Below, one piece after another: positions 1 to 9,735 of a stretch of DNA of 64,000 nt. The notes beneath the pieces were generated by a model that saw only the letters and a list, made by a program, of their open reading frames with translations, was not told the DNA's origin and made no database searches. Every line of letters starts with the position of its first letter. Within the stretch, counting starts at the first letter, position 1. The translations under genes and the position numbers were made by a program. Source of the stretch: Candidatus Iainarchaeum sp. (lineage in GTDB: Archaea; Iainarchaeota; Iainarchaeia; Iainarchaeales; 0-14-0-20-30-16). The stretch covers positions 140,559-204,558 of the forward strand of contig JAQTTP010000001.1 of assembly GCA_028710695.1 (NCBI GenBank). Direction: 5' to 3'.

Positions 1-1
1 G

Positions 2-229
2 CTTAAGGCAAACTTCTATACTCAAGGAAAGTTCATAGAATCTATTGCTGTAAAAGATCTAATGAAAGGCCTAAAAGAGAAGAAAGGAATCTCAATGATA
101 ATCTTTGACGGCATAGTTACAAAGAGATTAGCAGAAATGGCTAAGTCTAAGGGCGTAGCTGAAATAGTTGGCCTTAAAGTAGGAAAGATGAGCAAGATCA
201 AGGGAATAAATATAACTTCCCTTGAATAG
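2..229 (+). CDS. partial CDS, C-terminal fragment of an unidentified protein (start outside window)
   Basis: Frame 2 is open from the window edge to TAG at 227-229 (..IIFDGIVTKRLAEMAKSKGVAEIVGLKVGKMSKIKGINITSLE). No family motif recognised. Confidence 0.35.
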   Translation, partial: LKANFYTQGKFIESIAVKDLMKGLKEKKGISMIIFDGIVTKRLAEMAKSKGVAEIVGLKVGKMSKIKGINITSLE

Positions 230-295
230 TTCTTTTTTCCCTTTTTTTATTCTTTTTCTTTTTATATTATAAACTTTTACGTCTTATATTTTTGC

Positions 296-1000
296 ATGTA
301 TTCACAAGATCGTTCTTTAGAAGGTATTCCTGAATCTGAATGGAAAGAACTTTCTAAAAGAATTTCAGAAGCTGGCGGACGAGTTTTACTGCTTGTTCAT
401 CCTTTTTATAACTCTGTAACTGACAAGAGATATTATGATACTCTTTATGCGCTGTTGAGAAAATCAAAAATACCAATAATTACACTAGAAGAAGAACGTA
501 GAATCCATGAAACAAATGGTAGATTTAAAGCATTTGGGGCAAAACAAGTTTTTTTTATTTCTACAGCCCCCGGGTCTTCAGAAGTAATTGTTGGAAAAAA
601 ACAAGCTGTTGATTTAAGAGGTAATACTTATGGTTATGACCATTATGATTACGGACTTACAGTTTTTCATGATAAATTAAAATCCCTTGGTGTTAGACAT
701 TTGTTTATTGGCGGTCAAAAAACACATTATGTTGAGCATGAACGATGGCACCCTTTACTTGGACACAAAATACCCGTAGAAAAAAAGCATTTAAAAGAAA
801 CAATTGAATTAGAATCTAAACGATATCCACACCTGAGAACACCCCCTGGGAAAACAATTTTACTTGGTTGTGCAGGAGATCATTATAGTCGTGCATTAAA
901 ACGCTTAGAAAAAGTTACTTTAATACCAAATTTGGTATCACCTGATAAGCCAATTAGAAAAAAAAGATCTCCTTGGCTTAGAAAGTTACGCCCCAAATAA
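296..1000 (+). CDS. hypothetical protein
   Basis: 234-aa ORF with no signature motif recognised; possibly an alpha/beta hydrolase-like fold. Confidence 0.4.
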   Translation: MYSQDRSLEGIPESEWKELSKRISEAGGRVLLLVHPFYNSVTDKRYYDTLYALLRKSKIPIITLEEERRIHETNGRFKAFGAKQVFFISTAPGSSEVIVGKKQAVDLRGNTYGYDHYDYGLTVFHDKLKSLGVRHLFIGGQKTHYVEHERWHPLLGHKIPVEKKHLKETIELESKRYPHLRTPPGKTILLGCAGDHYSRALKRLEKVTLIPNLVSPDKPIRKKRSPWLRKLRPK

Positions 1001-1690
1001 TTATTTTATTATTTCTTTAACAATTTTGTAGACTTCTTTTTGTATTTCTTCAATTGACTTTGGCTTGTTTTTTTCAAAGCAAACAATTCTTTTCCAATTC
1101 TCTGATTTATCATTTTCTAAACAAAACAAATAAGCACTTTCTGCATTTTTTAAATGATTTGCATCTGCTTCATGGAGATCTCTTTTTTTGCCTTTTGTAT
1201 ATTCTCTTGCATCCTTTTTATCAACTAACTGTTGTCCTATTAAAGGATCCATGTGTAATAATAAGGTTAAATCTGGCTTTGGAATTCCTAAAATATTATA
1301 TTCTAAATCATTAACCCAAGTTAGGAATGCATCTCTCTCTTTATCAGATGCTATTTTGCCAAGTTGGTGGCCTTTATTTGAAGATGTGTATCTATTTGAA
1401 ATAACTGTAACTCCATTATTTAGCCATTCTCTTATCTGGAAGCTAGCTGCAAATCTATCTAAAGCATAAAACAAGGATGCTTTCTTAGCGCTTACTTGTT
1501 CAAGAGTTCCAAATTCCCCGCGAAGATACCTTGCAACAAATTCAGCAGACCAGTTTCCATATTGCGGGAAATCTGCAGTTTTTACCTCTTTGCCTTCAGA
1601 GATTAATTTATTAACCAGGAGGTCCATTTGGGTTTTCTTGCCAGATCCATCAGTTCCATCTATAACAATAAACTTTCCTTTCTGCACCAT
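1001..1690 (-). CDS. tmk: thymidylate kinase
   Basis: P-loop FIVIDGTDGSGKKTQ at the N-terminus and dTMP-kinase length and layout. Confidence 0.85.
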   Translation of the reverse strand: MVQKGKFIVIDGTDGSGKKTQMDLLVNKLISEGKEVKTADFPQYGNWSAEFVARYLRGEFGTLEQVSAKKASLFYALDRFAASFQIREWLNNGVTVISNRYTSSNKGHQLGKIASDKERDAFLTWVNDLEYNILGIPKPDLTLLLHMDPLIGQQLVDKKDAREYTKGKKRDLHEADANHLKNAESAYLFCLENDKSENWKRIVCFEKNKPKSIEEIQKEVYKIVKEIIK

Positions 1691-1739
1691 AATAAAATTA
1701 GGCTTTTTGTTTTATAAAGATTTTGCTTTTTATCTTATT

Positions 1740-3017
1740 ATGGATGTTATTCTTGCACTGATTATTATTGCCACCATTTTACTGCTTGGTGTTTTTGGAG
1801 AATTCTTCTTTAGGAAGACGGGGATACCAGATGCTCTTTGGCTAATTCTATTTGGATTTGCAATAACTACTTTATTCAATATTATAAGCCCACAAGCTTT
1901 TTCAGCAATAATACCTATCTTTGTAGTTGTTACTTTGGTAGTTATTCTGTTTGAAGGCGGATTACATCTAAAACTTACTGGTGTTGTTAAAGCCTCTTTG
2001 GCAGGCATGGGGCTAGCCATATTATTTTTTATATTTTCAGTTATCATTGTAACTGGAATTACCTATTTGATGAGCGTTCTTGGATTTTATCCTGGCTGGA
2101 ATTTATGGACTGGGGTGTTGCTAGGGGCAATACTCGGTGGAACATCTTCTGTAGGTGTTATTGCTTTAGTTCAATTTGCGAATCTTGGTGAAGAAGCATC
2201 AGATATATTGGTGGTTGAATCAGCATTTAATGATGCTTTATGTATTGTTGTAGTAAGCACATTAGTGGTTTATCTATTAGGGGCAACTAGCTCAGTAGGA
2301 ATAAAATCAGTTCTTCAAGGTATTTCTTCTGGGTTTGCAATAGGCATTGTTATTGGCATAGCATTTGGATTTATTTGGCTTTATTTGCTGTATAAACTTG
2401 AAAGCAACAAAGATATGAAAAATTATTTTTATTTTTTTACTTTGGCGGCGCTATTTTTTATTTACATTCTTACTGATTATGTTGGCGGTTCAGCAGTAAT
2501 CGCTTGTTTTATTTTTGGTCTAATTATGGGAAATACCCTTTTGATAAAACAATTATTTAAAATCGAAAGAATGTATGAAGTTGATAAAGAGTTACTGTTA
2601 ATAAATTCACAGTTGGCATTTTTAATAAAAAGCTTTTTCTTTGTGTTAATTGGAATGCTTTTAGTTCTAGACTACAAACTGTGGATTTATGGATTAATAA
2701 TAACAGTCTTTTTACTAATCCCTCGAATACTTGCAATTCTTATTGTCCCATCTACTCGAAAGATTGAAAAGACAAAAAGAACTTTGCTTTATTTTATTTA
2801 TCCTAAAGGTTTAGCAGCAGGAATATTAGCCATAAGTTTAGCAAACGCACCGGGATTAGATAAAGCAATACCAACAATTTCGTGGTTTGTGCCGATAATA
2901 TTTTCTACAATATTTTTGTCGATATTGATGTCAACAATAAGTTTGGGAATTTATAGGTGGAAAATGAAAAAAACACAAGTACAAGGAGATAATACAAATG
3001 TTGATACCAATAGTTAA
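1740..3017 (+). CDS. cation:proton antiporter (CPA1/NhaP-like) membrane protein
   Basis: About 12 hydrophobic segments. Start moved to ATG 1740 (MDVILAL..) to remove the overlap with tmk. Confidence 0.6.
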   Translation: MDVILALIIIATILLLGVFGEFFFRKTGIPDALWLILFGFAITTLFNIISPQAFSAIIPIFVVVTLVVILFEGGLHLKLTGVVKASLAGMGLAILFFIFSVIIVTGITYLMSVLGFYPGWNLWTGVLLGAILGGTSSVGVIALVQFANLGEEASDILVVESAFNDALCIVVVSTLVVYLLGATSSVGIKSVLQGISSGFAIGIVIGIAFGFIWLYLLYKLESNKDMKNYFYFFTLAALFFIYILTDYVGGSAVIACFIFGLIMGNTLLIKQLFKIERMYEVDKELLLINSQLAFLIKSFFFVLIGMLLVLDYKLWIYGLIITVFLLIPRILAILIVPSTRKIEKTKRTLLYFIYPKGLAAGILAISLANAPGLDKAIPTISWFVPIIFSTIFLSILMSTISLGIYRWKMKKTQVQGDNTNVDTNS

Positions 3018-3480
3018 TGAAAAAGACAAAATAATATGCTATAAAGACAGAGATAGTATCGGACAAAAAGACATTTATCGTGTTTCTGCTTTGTGGATAA
3101 TTAATTCTAAAAGTGAGTTTCTTCTTGCAAAAAGGGTAAAAACAAAAAAGAATAATCCAGGAAAGTGGGGGCCAGCAGTTGCTGGAACAGTTGAAAAAGG
3201 AGAAACATACAAACAGAATATTTTAAAAGAAACAAAAGAAGAGCTAGGATTAGATCCTAAAGGCCTTAGACAAGGGCCAAAGATAAAAAACACAGGCGAA
3301 CATAACTTTTTTTGTCAGTGGTATTTTTTAAAGCAAGATAAAGATGAAAAAGAATTTGATTTTGATAAAAAAGAAGTTGATGAAGTAAAGTGGTTTTCAA
3401 AGAAAGAATTTGAAAAAGAATATCTTAAGAACCCAGAACTGTTTTTGAAAAACGCACCATTTTGGGTTAACACCTTCTAA
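2998..3480 (+). CDS. NUDIX hydrolase
   Basis: Nudix box GKWGPAVAGTVEKGETYKQNILKETKEELGL (Gx5Ex7REUxEExGU). Confidence 0.8.
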   Translation: MLIPIVNEKDKIICYKDRDSIGQKDIYRVSALWIINSKSEFLLAKRVKTKKNNPGKWGPAVAGTVEKGETYKQNILKETKEELGLDPKGLRQGPKIKNTGEHNFFCQWYFLKQDKDEKEFDFDKKEVDEVKWFSKKEFEKEYLKNPELFLKNAPFWVNTF

Positions 3481-3941
3481 GGGCAAAATAGTCTTGTTAA
3501 AAGTTTTTTTGCATCATCTTTTGTTTTTTCCTTTGCTGCGATTAATATTATTTCATTTTCTATTTCTGCATATTCTGGTTGTTTTAAAACCAGCAATGTT
3601 TTTTCAGGAGGTTTAAGAGTAGTGGCTTTATTCTCCGCCGCATAGGCAAGATTGTAACTTATTTCTGATAAAATCAATGCAGATCTTTTATTTCCATCCG
3701 AAAATGGGTGTCTGGTAGATATAAAGATAAGACAATTAGCTGCAACATCAATCGGTTTTAATCTTTTTATTACTGTATCTTGTACTAAGTTATAAATTAT
3801 AAAGTCAAGGGTGGACTCTGATCGGATTCCAAGTTCCCCCCCAGTTTTTTCTATTATTAAATTATGTATTTCAATAAATCTTGATTTTATTTGTTGTTCT
3901 AATTTAATTATTCTTTCTCCAATATGTTTGTCAATTTCCAA
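3477..3941 (-). CDS. doc: Doc (death-on-curing) family Fic-fold toxin
   Basis: HPFSDGNKRSA matches the Doc-type Hx(F)x(D/N)GNKR motif; length 154 aa. Apparent TTG start at 3941, with no in-frame ATG upstream before a stop. Confidence 0.7.
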   Translation of the reverse strand: MEIDKHIGERIIKLEQQIKSRFIEIHNLIIEKTGGELGIRSESTLDFIIYNLVQDTVIKRLKPIDVAANCLIFISTRHPFSDGNKRSALILSEISYNLAYAAENKATTLKPPEKTLLVLKQPEYAEIENEIILIAAKEKTKDDAKKLLTRLFCP

Positions 3942-3945
3942 ATAA

Positions 3946-4080
3946 TCACTTTGTTGATAGACTCTTGAATAATGGGGCGTGCTTTGTTAGTATTTTTGAA
4001 ACTCTTTTTTTAATATTGCTTTTGTTTTTTAGTTTCTTTTCCATTTGCCCTATTCTTTTGTTTATATCCTTCGAAGTCAT
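3946..4080 (-). CDS. 44-aa basic mini-ORF upstream of doc; candidate Phd-like antitoxin
   Basis: ATG at 4078-4080, stop TGA at 3946-3948 (MTSKDINKRIGQMEKKLKNKSNIKKRVSKILTKHAPLFKSLSTK). The stop lies 4 nt before the doc TTG, a translational-coupling layout. Below the 60-aa cutoff of the ORF track. Confidence 0.4.
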   Translation of the reverse strand: MTSKDINKRIGQMEKKLKNKSNIKKRVSKILTKHAPLFKSLSTK

Positions 4081-4110
4081 AAATAATATTCACCTTTTAT
4101 TAATATAAAT

Positions 4111-5568
4111 CTATTTCCCTTTCTTCTCAGAATATAATTTATTTATCAGTTCTTCTGGGTCTTCGTAGTACTTCTGAATGTATTGGGTAATCTCTTTGTA
4201 TTCTTCTATTCCTTTGTTTAACAAGAATTCTAAAATCTTTTCTCTTAACTCAATTTCATCATAAATCTTTACTTTCTCTACGCCCATTGCCTTTGCAACA
4301 TTTTCTAGAGTTCTTGATGGCACAGAACTTCTATTGGCCTTATCATCGTCTTTGTCATATTCAAATACATTGCTTAGAAGAACTTTGTTGTCCATTCTTT
4401 CTATCTCCGCTATTTCTGAAACAAATCTTGTAATTCCTTTTTTGGTGTCAAATTGCTTTTTTATTGTTACTATTAAATTAAGCAAAGGGAGATTTGATTC
4501 TGGGATTGACATGGGCTCGCTTTTCAATCTGATAATTGCTTCTTTAGAATTGTTTGCGTGTAATGTGCCTAAAAGGCCATTGTGGCCTGTGTCCATAGCC
4601 GTAAACATGGTTCTTGCTTCTTCTCCTCTTACCTCTCCAACAATTATTCTATCTGGTCGCATTCTCAAGGAGTTTTTTAGTAGCATATCCATAGTAACTT
4701 CTTCAACTGTACTTGTTTTTGGTCTTGCTTCAAGGGATATCCAATTCTCCCTATCTGATAAATTTAGCTCTGGGGTGTCTTCAATAGAAACTATCCTTTC
4801 ATTATATCTTATGAAAGATGTTAAGGCAAAAAGCAGGGTTGTTTTTCCTGATCCTGAACCGCCAATAACTAGGGTGCTTTGTGGGCACAATCTGAATCCA
4901 TCTATGCAAACCCACAAAAATGCTGCGGCCTCTTTTGAGATTGTATTATTTTTTATTAAAGATACAATGGATAGTGGCTTTTCAGTAAATTTTCTAATTG
5001 TAATTGTTGGGCTAAAAGGGGTTACATAATTTGAGGTAATATTTATTCTTGAGCCATCAGGTAATCGGCCATCTAAAACTGGGTTGTGTTCATCTAATTT
5101 CTTTGAAGTTAGGTTTTGTAATTTATTTAAAAATGTAAGATACTCTTCTTTTGTGAAATTAATATTTGTTTTACAAAGCCCTTCTTTTTTGTGGAATATG
5201 AATATTGGGGAATCTGTTTTATTTACCATAATTTCTTCGATTTCATCATTATCGAAAAAGAAGCTTAAGCCACCGTATCCAGATAAATATAAACTTATTG
5301 CTTCTGGCTGTTTTATAGATCCCATTCCAGATTTTGAAAGCAATTCTTTTACAGTGGTGTTTAGGTCATCTTGTTCTATTTTATTTGGAAAAGTGCTGTT
5401 TGACATAACAAAATCTAGCTTTGAAAGTGCTTCTTTTAGAAAGGAGTCTCCTTTTTTTGAAAGATCTTTAATTTTTTTGATAAAAGAGTAGATTTCTTCT
5501 TTGTTCGAAACCTTGTAAATTTTAAAAGGATAATCTTGTTCTATGGTATGCTCGCTCATAAAAACCAC
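4111..5568 (-). CDS. type IV pilus / secretion-system ATPase (FlaI/VirB11/TadA superfamily)
   Basis: Walker A LVIGGSGSGKTTLL, about 485 aa, N-terminal domain typical of archaeal pilus-assembly ATPases. Confidence 0.75.
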   Translation of the reverse strand: MVFMSEHTIEQDYPFKIYKVSNKEEIYSFIKKIKDLSKKGDSFLKEALSKLDFVMSNSTFPNKIEQDDLNTTVKELLSKSGMGSIKQPEAISLYLSGYGGLSFFFDNDEIEEIMVNKTDSPIFIFHKKEGLCKTNINFTKEEYLTFLNKLQNLTSKKLDEHNPVLDGRLPDGSRINITSNYVTPFSPTITIRKFTEKPLSIVSLIKNNTISKEAAAFLWVCIDGFRLCPQSTLVIGGSGSGKTTLLFALTSFIRYNERIVSIEDTPELNLSDRENWISLEARPKTSTVEEVTMDMLLKNSLRMRPDRIIVGEVRGEEARTMFTAMDTGHNGLLGTLHANNSKEAIIRLKSEPMSIPESNLPLLNLIVTIKKQFDTKKGITRFVSEIAEIERMDNKVLLSNVFEYDKDDDKANRSSVPSRTLENVAKAMGVEKVKIYDEIELREKILEFLLNKGIEEYKEITQYIQKYYEDPEELINKLYSEKKGK

Positions 5569-5625
5569 CGGTCGATAGTATATATTTCATAAAATAATAT
5601 AAACCTCTGTGTTATATATCAAGAT

Positions 5626-6882
5626 ATGGAAGAAATTTTTGCAATAAAGAAGCAGATCTTGGAACTAATTAAGCCAACCCTGAAAGATAGAGAGAAATAT
5701 AAGAAAAAGCTTTCAAAAATAATTCAGAAGATAATGAAATATTCAAAAAAGAAAAATATTCCTCTGAACAAAGTGGTTGTGGCTGGCTCTTTTGCAAGAA
5801 ATACTTCTCTAAAGGATAACACAGATTTTGATTTGTTTTTGCTTTTTGATAAAACAATTGAACTAGACAAAATTGTTGAATATAATAAAAAAATAATTTA
5901 TTCTTGCTTTTGGAATAGAAGATTAGTAGAAAGTTATTCTGAACACCCTTATGTGCAATACCAAAGAAAGAAATACAAAATAGATTTTGTGCCTGCTTAT
6001 GAAATAGCAGATTATAAGGAAAGAAAAACAGCAGTAGATAGGACTCCATTGCATTTAAAATATTTGCAAGAAAACCTGTCTGACAAGCAAAGAAATGATG
6101 TTCTTATTTTGAAGCAATTCTTGAAAAATAATTTGTTATACGGGTCTGATCAAAATATTTCTGGATTTTCAGGATATCTTGTGGAAGTTTTGATCTTGTA
6201 TTACAAAGATTTTGAGAACTTTTTAATCCACTTTCCAAAGCTTAAAGAAAAATCTAGAATTGTATTAGAGAAGGATGGAAAGAAAGAATATTCTGATCCA
6301 TTAGTTGTAATTGATCCTGTTGATCCAAATAGAAATGTGGCTGCGGCTCTGTCTCTAAAACAATTTGAGAGAACAAAAAAATTATGTAAGTTATTTTCGG
6401 AAAAGCCAAGTAAAGAATTTTTCTTTTCGGATCCCGAACCAAATTTAGGAAATGTTTTGGTTTATAAAATAAAAAAGCCGGAAAAAAATACAGATATATT
6501 GTACGGAATGGTAAATAGAACTTTAAAAAGAATAACTCAATCTGTGTCCGAAGTTGAGGGAATAAATTCATATATAGATTCTGATTTATATTTAGTCTTT
6601 TGTTTATCGAAATTAGAACAAGAAAAAGTTTTTGAGGTAAAAGGGCCGTCTGCGAAAGACGTAGAAAATGGAAAAAAGTTCAAGGAGAAGCACCCAATTG
6701 TTTATGAAAGAAATGGAATCTTGTTTGCAAAAGAAGAGAATAAAGAAACAAATGTGGAAAAAATAATTGATTCACAAGTAATTCAATACTTTGGAAAGTT
6801 TAAGAAGATTATAAAAATAGATTCAAGTAAAACAATTTTAAAGAAAAAGATCTTGGAAGCAAAAGGATTTGTGAGATTATAA
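5626..6882 (+). CDS. cca: CCA-adding tRNA nucleotidyltransferase, archaeal class I
   Basis: VVAGSFARNTSLKDNTDFDLF nucleotidyltransferase motif, 418 aa. Confidence 0.8.
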   Translation: MEEIFAIKKQILELIKPTLKDREKYKKKLSKIIQKIMKYSKKKNIPLNKVVVAGSFARNTSLKDNTDFDLFLLFDKTIELDKIVEYNKKIIYSCFWNRRLVESYSEHPYVQYQRKKYKIDFVPAYEIADYKERKTAVDRTPLHLKYLQENLSDKQRNDVLILKQFLKNNLLYGSDQNISGFSGYLVEVLILYYKDFENFLIHFPKLKEKSRIVLEKDGKKEYSDPLVVIDPVDPNRNVAAALSLKQFERTKKLCKLFSEKPSKEFFFSDPEPNLGNVLVYKIKKPEKNTDILYGMVNRTLKRITQSVSEVEGINSYIDSDLYLVFCLSKLEQEKVFEVKGPSAKDVENGKKFKEKHPIVYERNGILFAKEENKETNVEKIIDSQVIQYFGKFKKIIKIDSSKTILKKKILEAKGFVRL

Positions 6883-6885
6883 TAG

Positions 6886-7296
6886 TCATTTCAAAGCAGC
6901 AGATAGTATTTGCATCTCTTTGTCTAATGTTTTTTGTTTTCCTAATAACTCTCTTACATGTTCATCAAAACTTTTTAAGTTTTTATATCTGGCGGCAAGA
7001 TCTTCATATCTTTTTCTTTCCTGTTCAACGCCTCTGCTTTTTATTGCATTTAGTTCACTTACTATTTGGCCTAGTTCTTCTTTTACGTCTGTGAGCCTAC
7101 GTCTAATAACCTCTCTTGCATGCCCACGTAATTCCGTAGAAACAAGAGACCCCCTTATATCCCCCGCCCTAATTTCCTCATGTTCTGCTACTAAACCTTT
7201 TGCCTTTTTTCTTTGTGCTAACGCCGCTAATACAGATTGTTCTTTCATAAGGTGCCTTACTACTATTGGATGATGGTGTGGAACAGGGGTATGCAT
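6886..7296 (-). CDS. hypothetical coiled-coil protein with His-rich N-terminus
   Basis: Start trimmed to ATG 7296 (MHTPVPHHHP..). Heptad-rich charged sequence. Locally elevated GC. Confidence 0.4.
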   Translation of the reverse strand: MHTPVPHHHPIVVRHLMKEQSVLAALAQRKKAKGLVAEHEEIRAGDIRGSLVSTELRGHAREVIRRRLTDVKEELGQIVSELNAIKSRGVEQERKRYEDLAARYKNLKSFDEHVRELLGKQKTLDKEMQILSAALK

Positions 7297-7393
7297 AAAT
7301 ATCACTTTATTATTATACTGACTTGATAAATTTATATCTTTTGTGGCTCTAATATTAATTATGATTATATATATTTCATACAAATTCTCGGAA

Positions 7394-7759
7394 ATGGACA
7401 AATTTCTCCTTAAAGAAAAACTGAAAATGCTTTCTAAGGCTCTTGAAAACCAAGGAAATAAAACAAAAGTGTTTTTTAGAGATGTGCAAAACTGGGGCGA
7501 CACCCAAGTTAAGCAAGAAGAAATTTTGCCAAAAGCTTATGAAATGATAAAAGAATCTGATGCCATTTTTGCTTTTGTGGATGTTGGAGAAAAAAGTGAA
7601 GGCCAACTTCTTGAGATTGGATTTGCAAAAGCAAAAGGAAAGAAAATTGTTCTTGCAATTAAAGACGGCCTTGGATACAAGTTCTTACGAATGATTGCAG
7701 ATGAGGTTATTGAATTTGAAAACCTCGATGACCTGATAAATCAAATTAATGCTTTGTAA
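7394..7759 (+). CDS. nucleoside 2-deoxyribosyltransferase-like (Rcl/DNPH1 fold) protein
   Basis: SDAIFAFVDVGEKSEGQLLEIGFAKAKGKKIVL resembles the NDT core (D..DSGTxFExGyA.A.gKpv). Start set at ATG 7394. Confidence 0.4.
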   Translation: MDKFLLKEKLKMLSKALENQGNKTKVFFRDVQNWGDTQVKQEEILPKAYEMIKESDAIFAFVDVGEKSEGQLLEIGFAKAKGKKIVLAIKDGLGYKFLRMIADEVIEFENLDDLINQINAL

Positions 7760-7776
7760 GTGATGTTGGTGATTTT

Positions 7777-8514
7777 ATGGACTTGAATAAAGATGCATAT
7801 GGTTGGGAAGTATGGGATTATCAAAATAAAAAAGAAGGATTTGAAATAATTCATAGAGGGGATAATACTTATTGGATTTCATCCGGCCCTAAATCATATT
7901 TTTCTAAATATAAGGATTGGCCAGAAAATCTAAAGAAAGCCTTAAAACTTGCAAAGGGAAGTATATTAGATGTTGGTTGTGGTGCAGGCAGAACTTGTTT
8001 GTACTTGCAGAAAAAAGGCCACAAAGTTGTGGGTATAGATAATTCTCCTTTAGCTGTAAAAACTTGTAAGGCAAGGGGAGTAAAAAATGTAAAAATAATG
8101 GGTATAGAGGATATTGAAAAATTAAAAGAAAAGTTTGATACTATTCTAATGCTTGGAAACAATTTTGGATTATTTGGAAGTTATAAAAAAGCAAAAGATC
8201 TTTTGAAGAAAATGCACACAATCACTTCGAAAGAAGCAGTAATAATTGCTGAAAGTATTGATCCTTATAAAACAAAAGACCCACTTAATTTGGAATACCA
8301 AAAGAGCAATGTAAAACAAGGAAGAATGGCTGGCCAATTAAAGTTACAAGTAGTATATAAAAAATATATTGGGAATTGGTTTGATTATTTGATTGTGTCT
8401 AAGAAAGAGATGAAAGATATATTGAAAGGAACTGGTTGGAAAATTCGGGCATTTATAAACCCTACAAAATGGAACAAATGCTATATTGCAATAATTGAAA
8501 AAGAAAAAAAATAA
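7777..8514 (+). CDS. class I SAM-dependent methyltransferase
   Basis: Motif I ILDVGCGAGR and motif II VVGIDNS. Confidence 0.7.
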   Translation: MDLNKDAYGWEVWDYQNKKEGFEIIHRGDNTYWISSGPKSYFSKYKDWPENLKKALKLAKGSILDVGCGAGRTCLYLQKKGHKVVGIDNSPLAVKTCKARGVKNVKIMGIEDIEKLKEKFDTILMLGNNFGLFGSYKKAKDLLKKMHTITSKEAVIIAESIDPYKTKDPLNLEYQKSNVKQGRMAGQLKLQVVYKKYIGNWFDYLIVSKKEMKDILKGTGWKIRAFINPTKWNKCYIAIIEKEKK

Positions 8515-8527
8515 TTGTGTGATTTTA

Positions 8528-9373
8528 ATGCAAACAACAAAACAAATAGAGCAAGAAATAAAAAACACAATAGAAGGCTATAAGCTTTGCAACAAAAAAG
8601 AAAAAGTTCTTGTTGCTCTTTCTGGCGGAAAAGATTCTGCTACAACTCTTTATGTTTTGAAAAAGTTAGGCTACAATGTTGAGGCATTTTATTTGGATCT
8701 TCTTATTGGAGATTGGAGCAAGAAAAATCTTGATGCCACAATAAAATTATGTGAAAAATTAAAAGTGAAATTGCATTTAGTAAACATACGTGATGAATTA
8801 GGATATTCCATGTGCTCTATTCGTGGTGGAATAAAATCTAAAGAGAAATTAAGTAATTGTATGATTTGTGGAGTAATAAAAAGATATTTGCTAAATAGAA
8901 AAGCAAGAGAATTAGGTGCAAAGAAAATTGCAACGGGCCACAATCTAGATGACGAAATAGAAGTTTACTTTATGAATTTGTTAAAAGCAAATACTGATTT
9001 ATTGTGGGGTGTAGGCCCGCAAAATGGTGTGACTTTAGATAAAAAGTTTGTGCCAAGAATTAAGCCTTTGTATTTCATTACAAATGCAGAAACAAGAAAA
9101 TTTACAAAAGCTTTGAAGCTTCCAGTTGTTTATGAAAAATGTCCTTGTTCTACAAAAGCAGGAATCAGAAATGATGTGCGAGCAATGGTATTAGAATTTG
9201 AAAAGAAAAACAAAAAGATCAAGAAAGAATTAATAAAAAATATGTTAGAACTAATAAAACAGAATCGCCCAAGAAAAATCGGGGCCATAGCTTATTGTGA
9301 AAAATGTGGAGAACCATCAAGGAACGCCGTTTGTAAGAGTTGCTTGCTTTTCGAGAAAATGTTTAAGAAATAG
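8528..9373 (+). CDS. PP-loop ATPase of the tRNA-thiolation family (TtcA/Ncs6-like)
   Basis: PP-loop LSGGKDS; C-terminal CxxC...CxxC. ATG 8528 chosen over the overlapping upstream alternative start. Confidence 0.7.
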   Translation: MQTTKQIEQEIKNTIEGYKLCNKKEKVLVALSGGKDSATTLYVLKKLGYNVEAFYLDLLIGDWSKKNLDATIKLCEKLKVKLHLVNIRDELGYSMCSIRGGIKSKEKLSNCMICGVIKRYLLNRKARELGAKKIATGHNLDDEIEVYFMNLLKANTDLLWGVGPQNGVTLDKKFVPRIKPLYFITNAETRKFTKALKLPVVYEKCPCSTKAGIRNDVRAMVLEFEKKNKKIKKELIKNMLELIKQNRPRKIGAIAYCEKCGEPSRNAVCKSCLLFEKMFKK

Positions 9374-9466
9374 CTCTAAAGCCTTGACTTTAAATTTATA
9401 ATCTTTTCTGTTAATACATATATATGCCTAATGTAAGGCTGAAAAACAATATAGGAGTTGAATAAA

Positions 9467-9712
9467 ATGAATGGAACAGTAAAATTCTACAATGTAAAGA
9501 AGAGATTTGGATTCATAACTGGGGAAGACAGCAAAGATTACTTTGTTCACTTGTCTGGTGTTGAAAAGGGAAATTTTTTAACAGAGAATTCAAAAGTTGA
9601 GTTTGAAGTTGAAAACGACGAAAAAGGTCCTAAGGCAGTTAATGTTAAATTAACAGAACCAAACCCACCAAGAGAAAGAAAGCCAAGAAAGACTGAAGAC
9701 GAAGAAGAATAA
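9467..9712 (+). CDS. cold-shock domain protein
   Basis: GTVKFYNVKKRFGFI cold-shock RNP motifs and an acidic C-terminal tail. AGGAG RBS upstream of ATG 9467. Confidence 0.75.
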   Translation: MNGTVKFYNVKKRFGFITGEDSKDYFVHLSGVEKGNFLTENSKVEFEVENDEKGPKAVNVKLTEPNPPRERKPRKTEDEEE

Positions 9713-9735
9713 AATCTAATTTTTTAGATTATGCT

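Noticed and set aside
7343-7393. Upstream extension of the NDT-like ORF (MALILIMIIYISYKFSE)
   Set aside because: It overlaps the divergent gene's promoter region and has an AT-rich hydrophobic composition; the downstream ATG 7394 gives a compact protein matching the fold.
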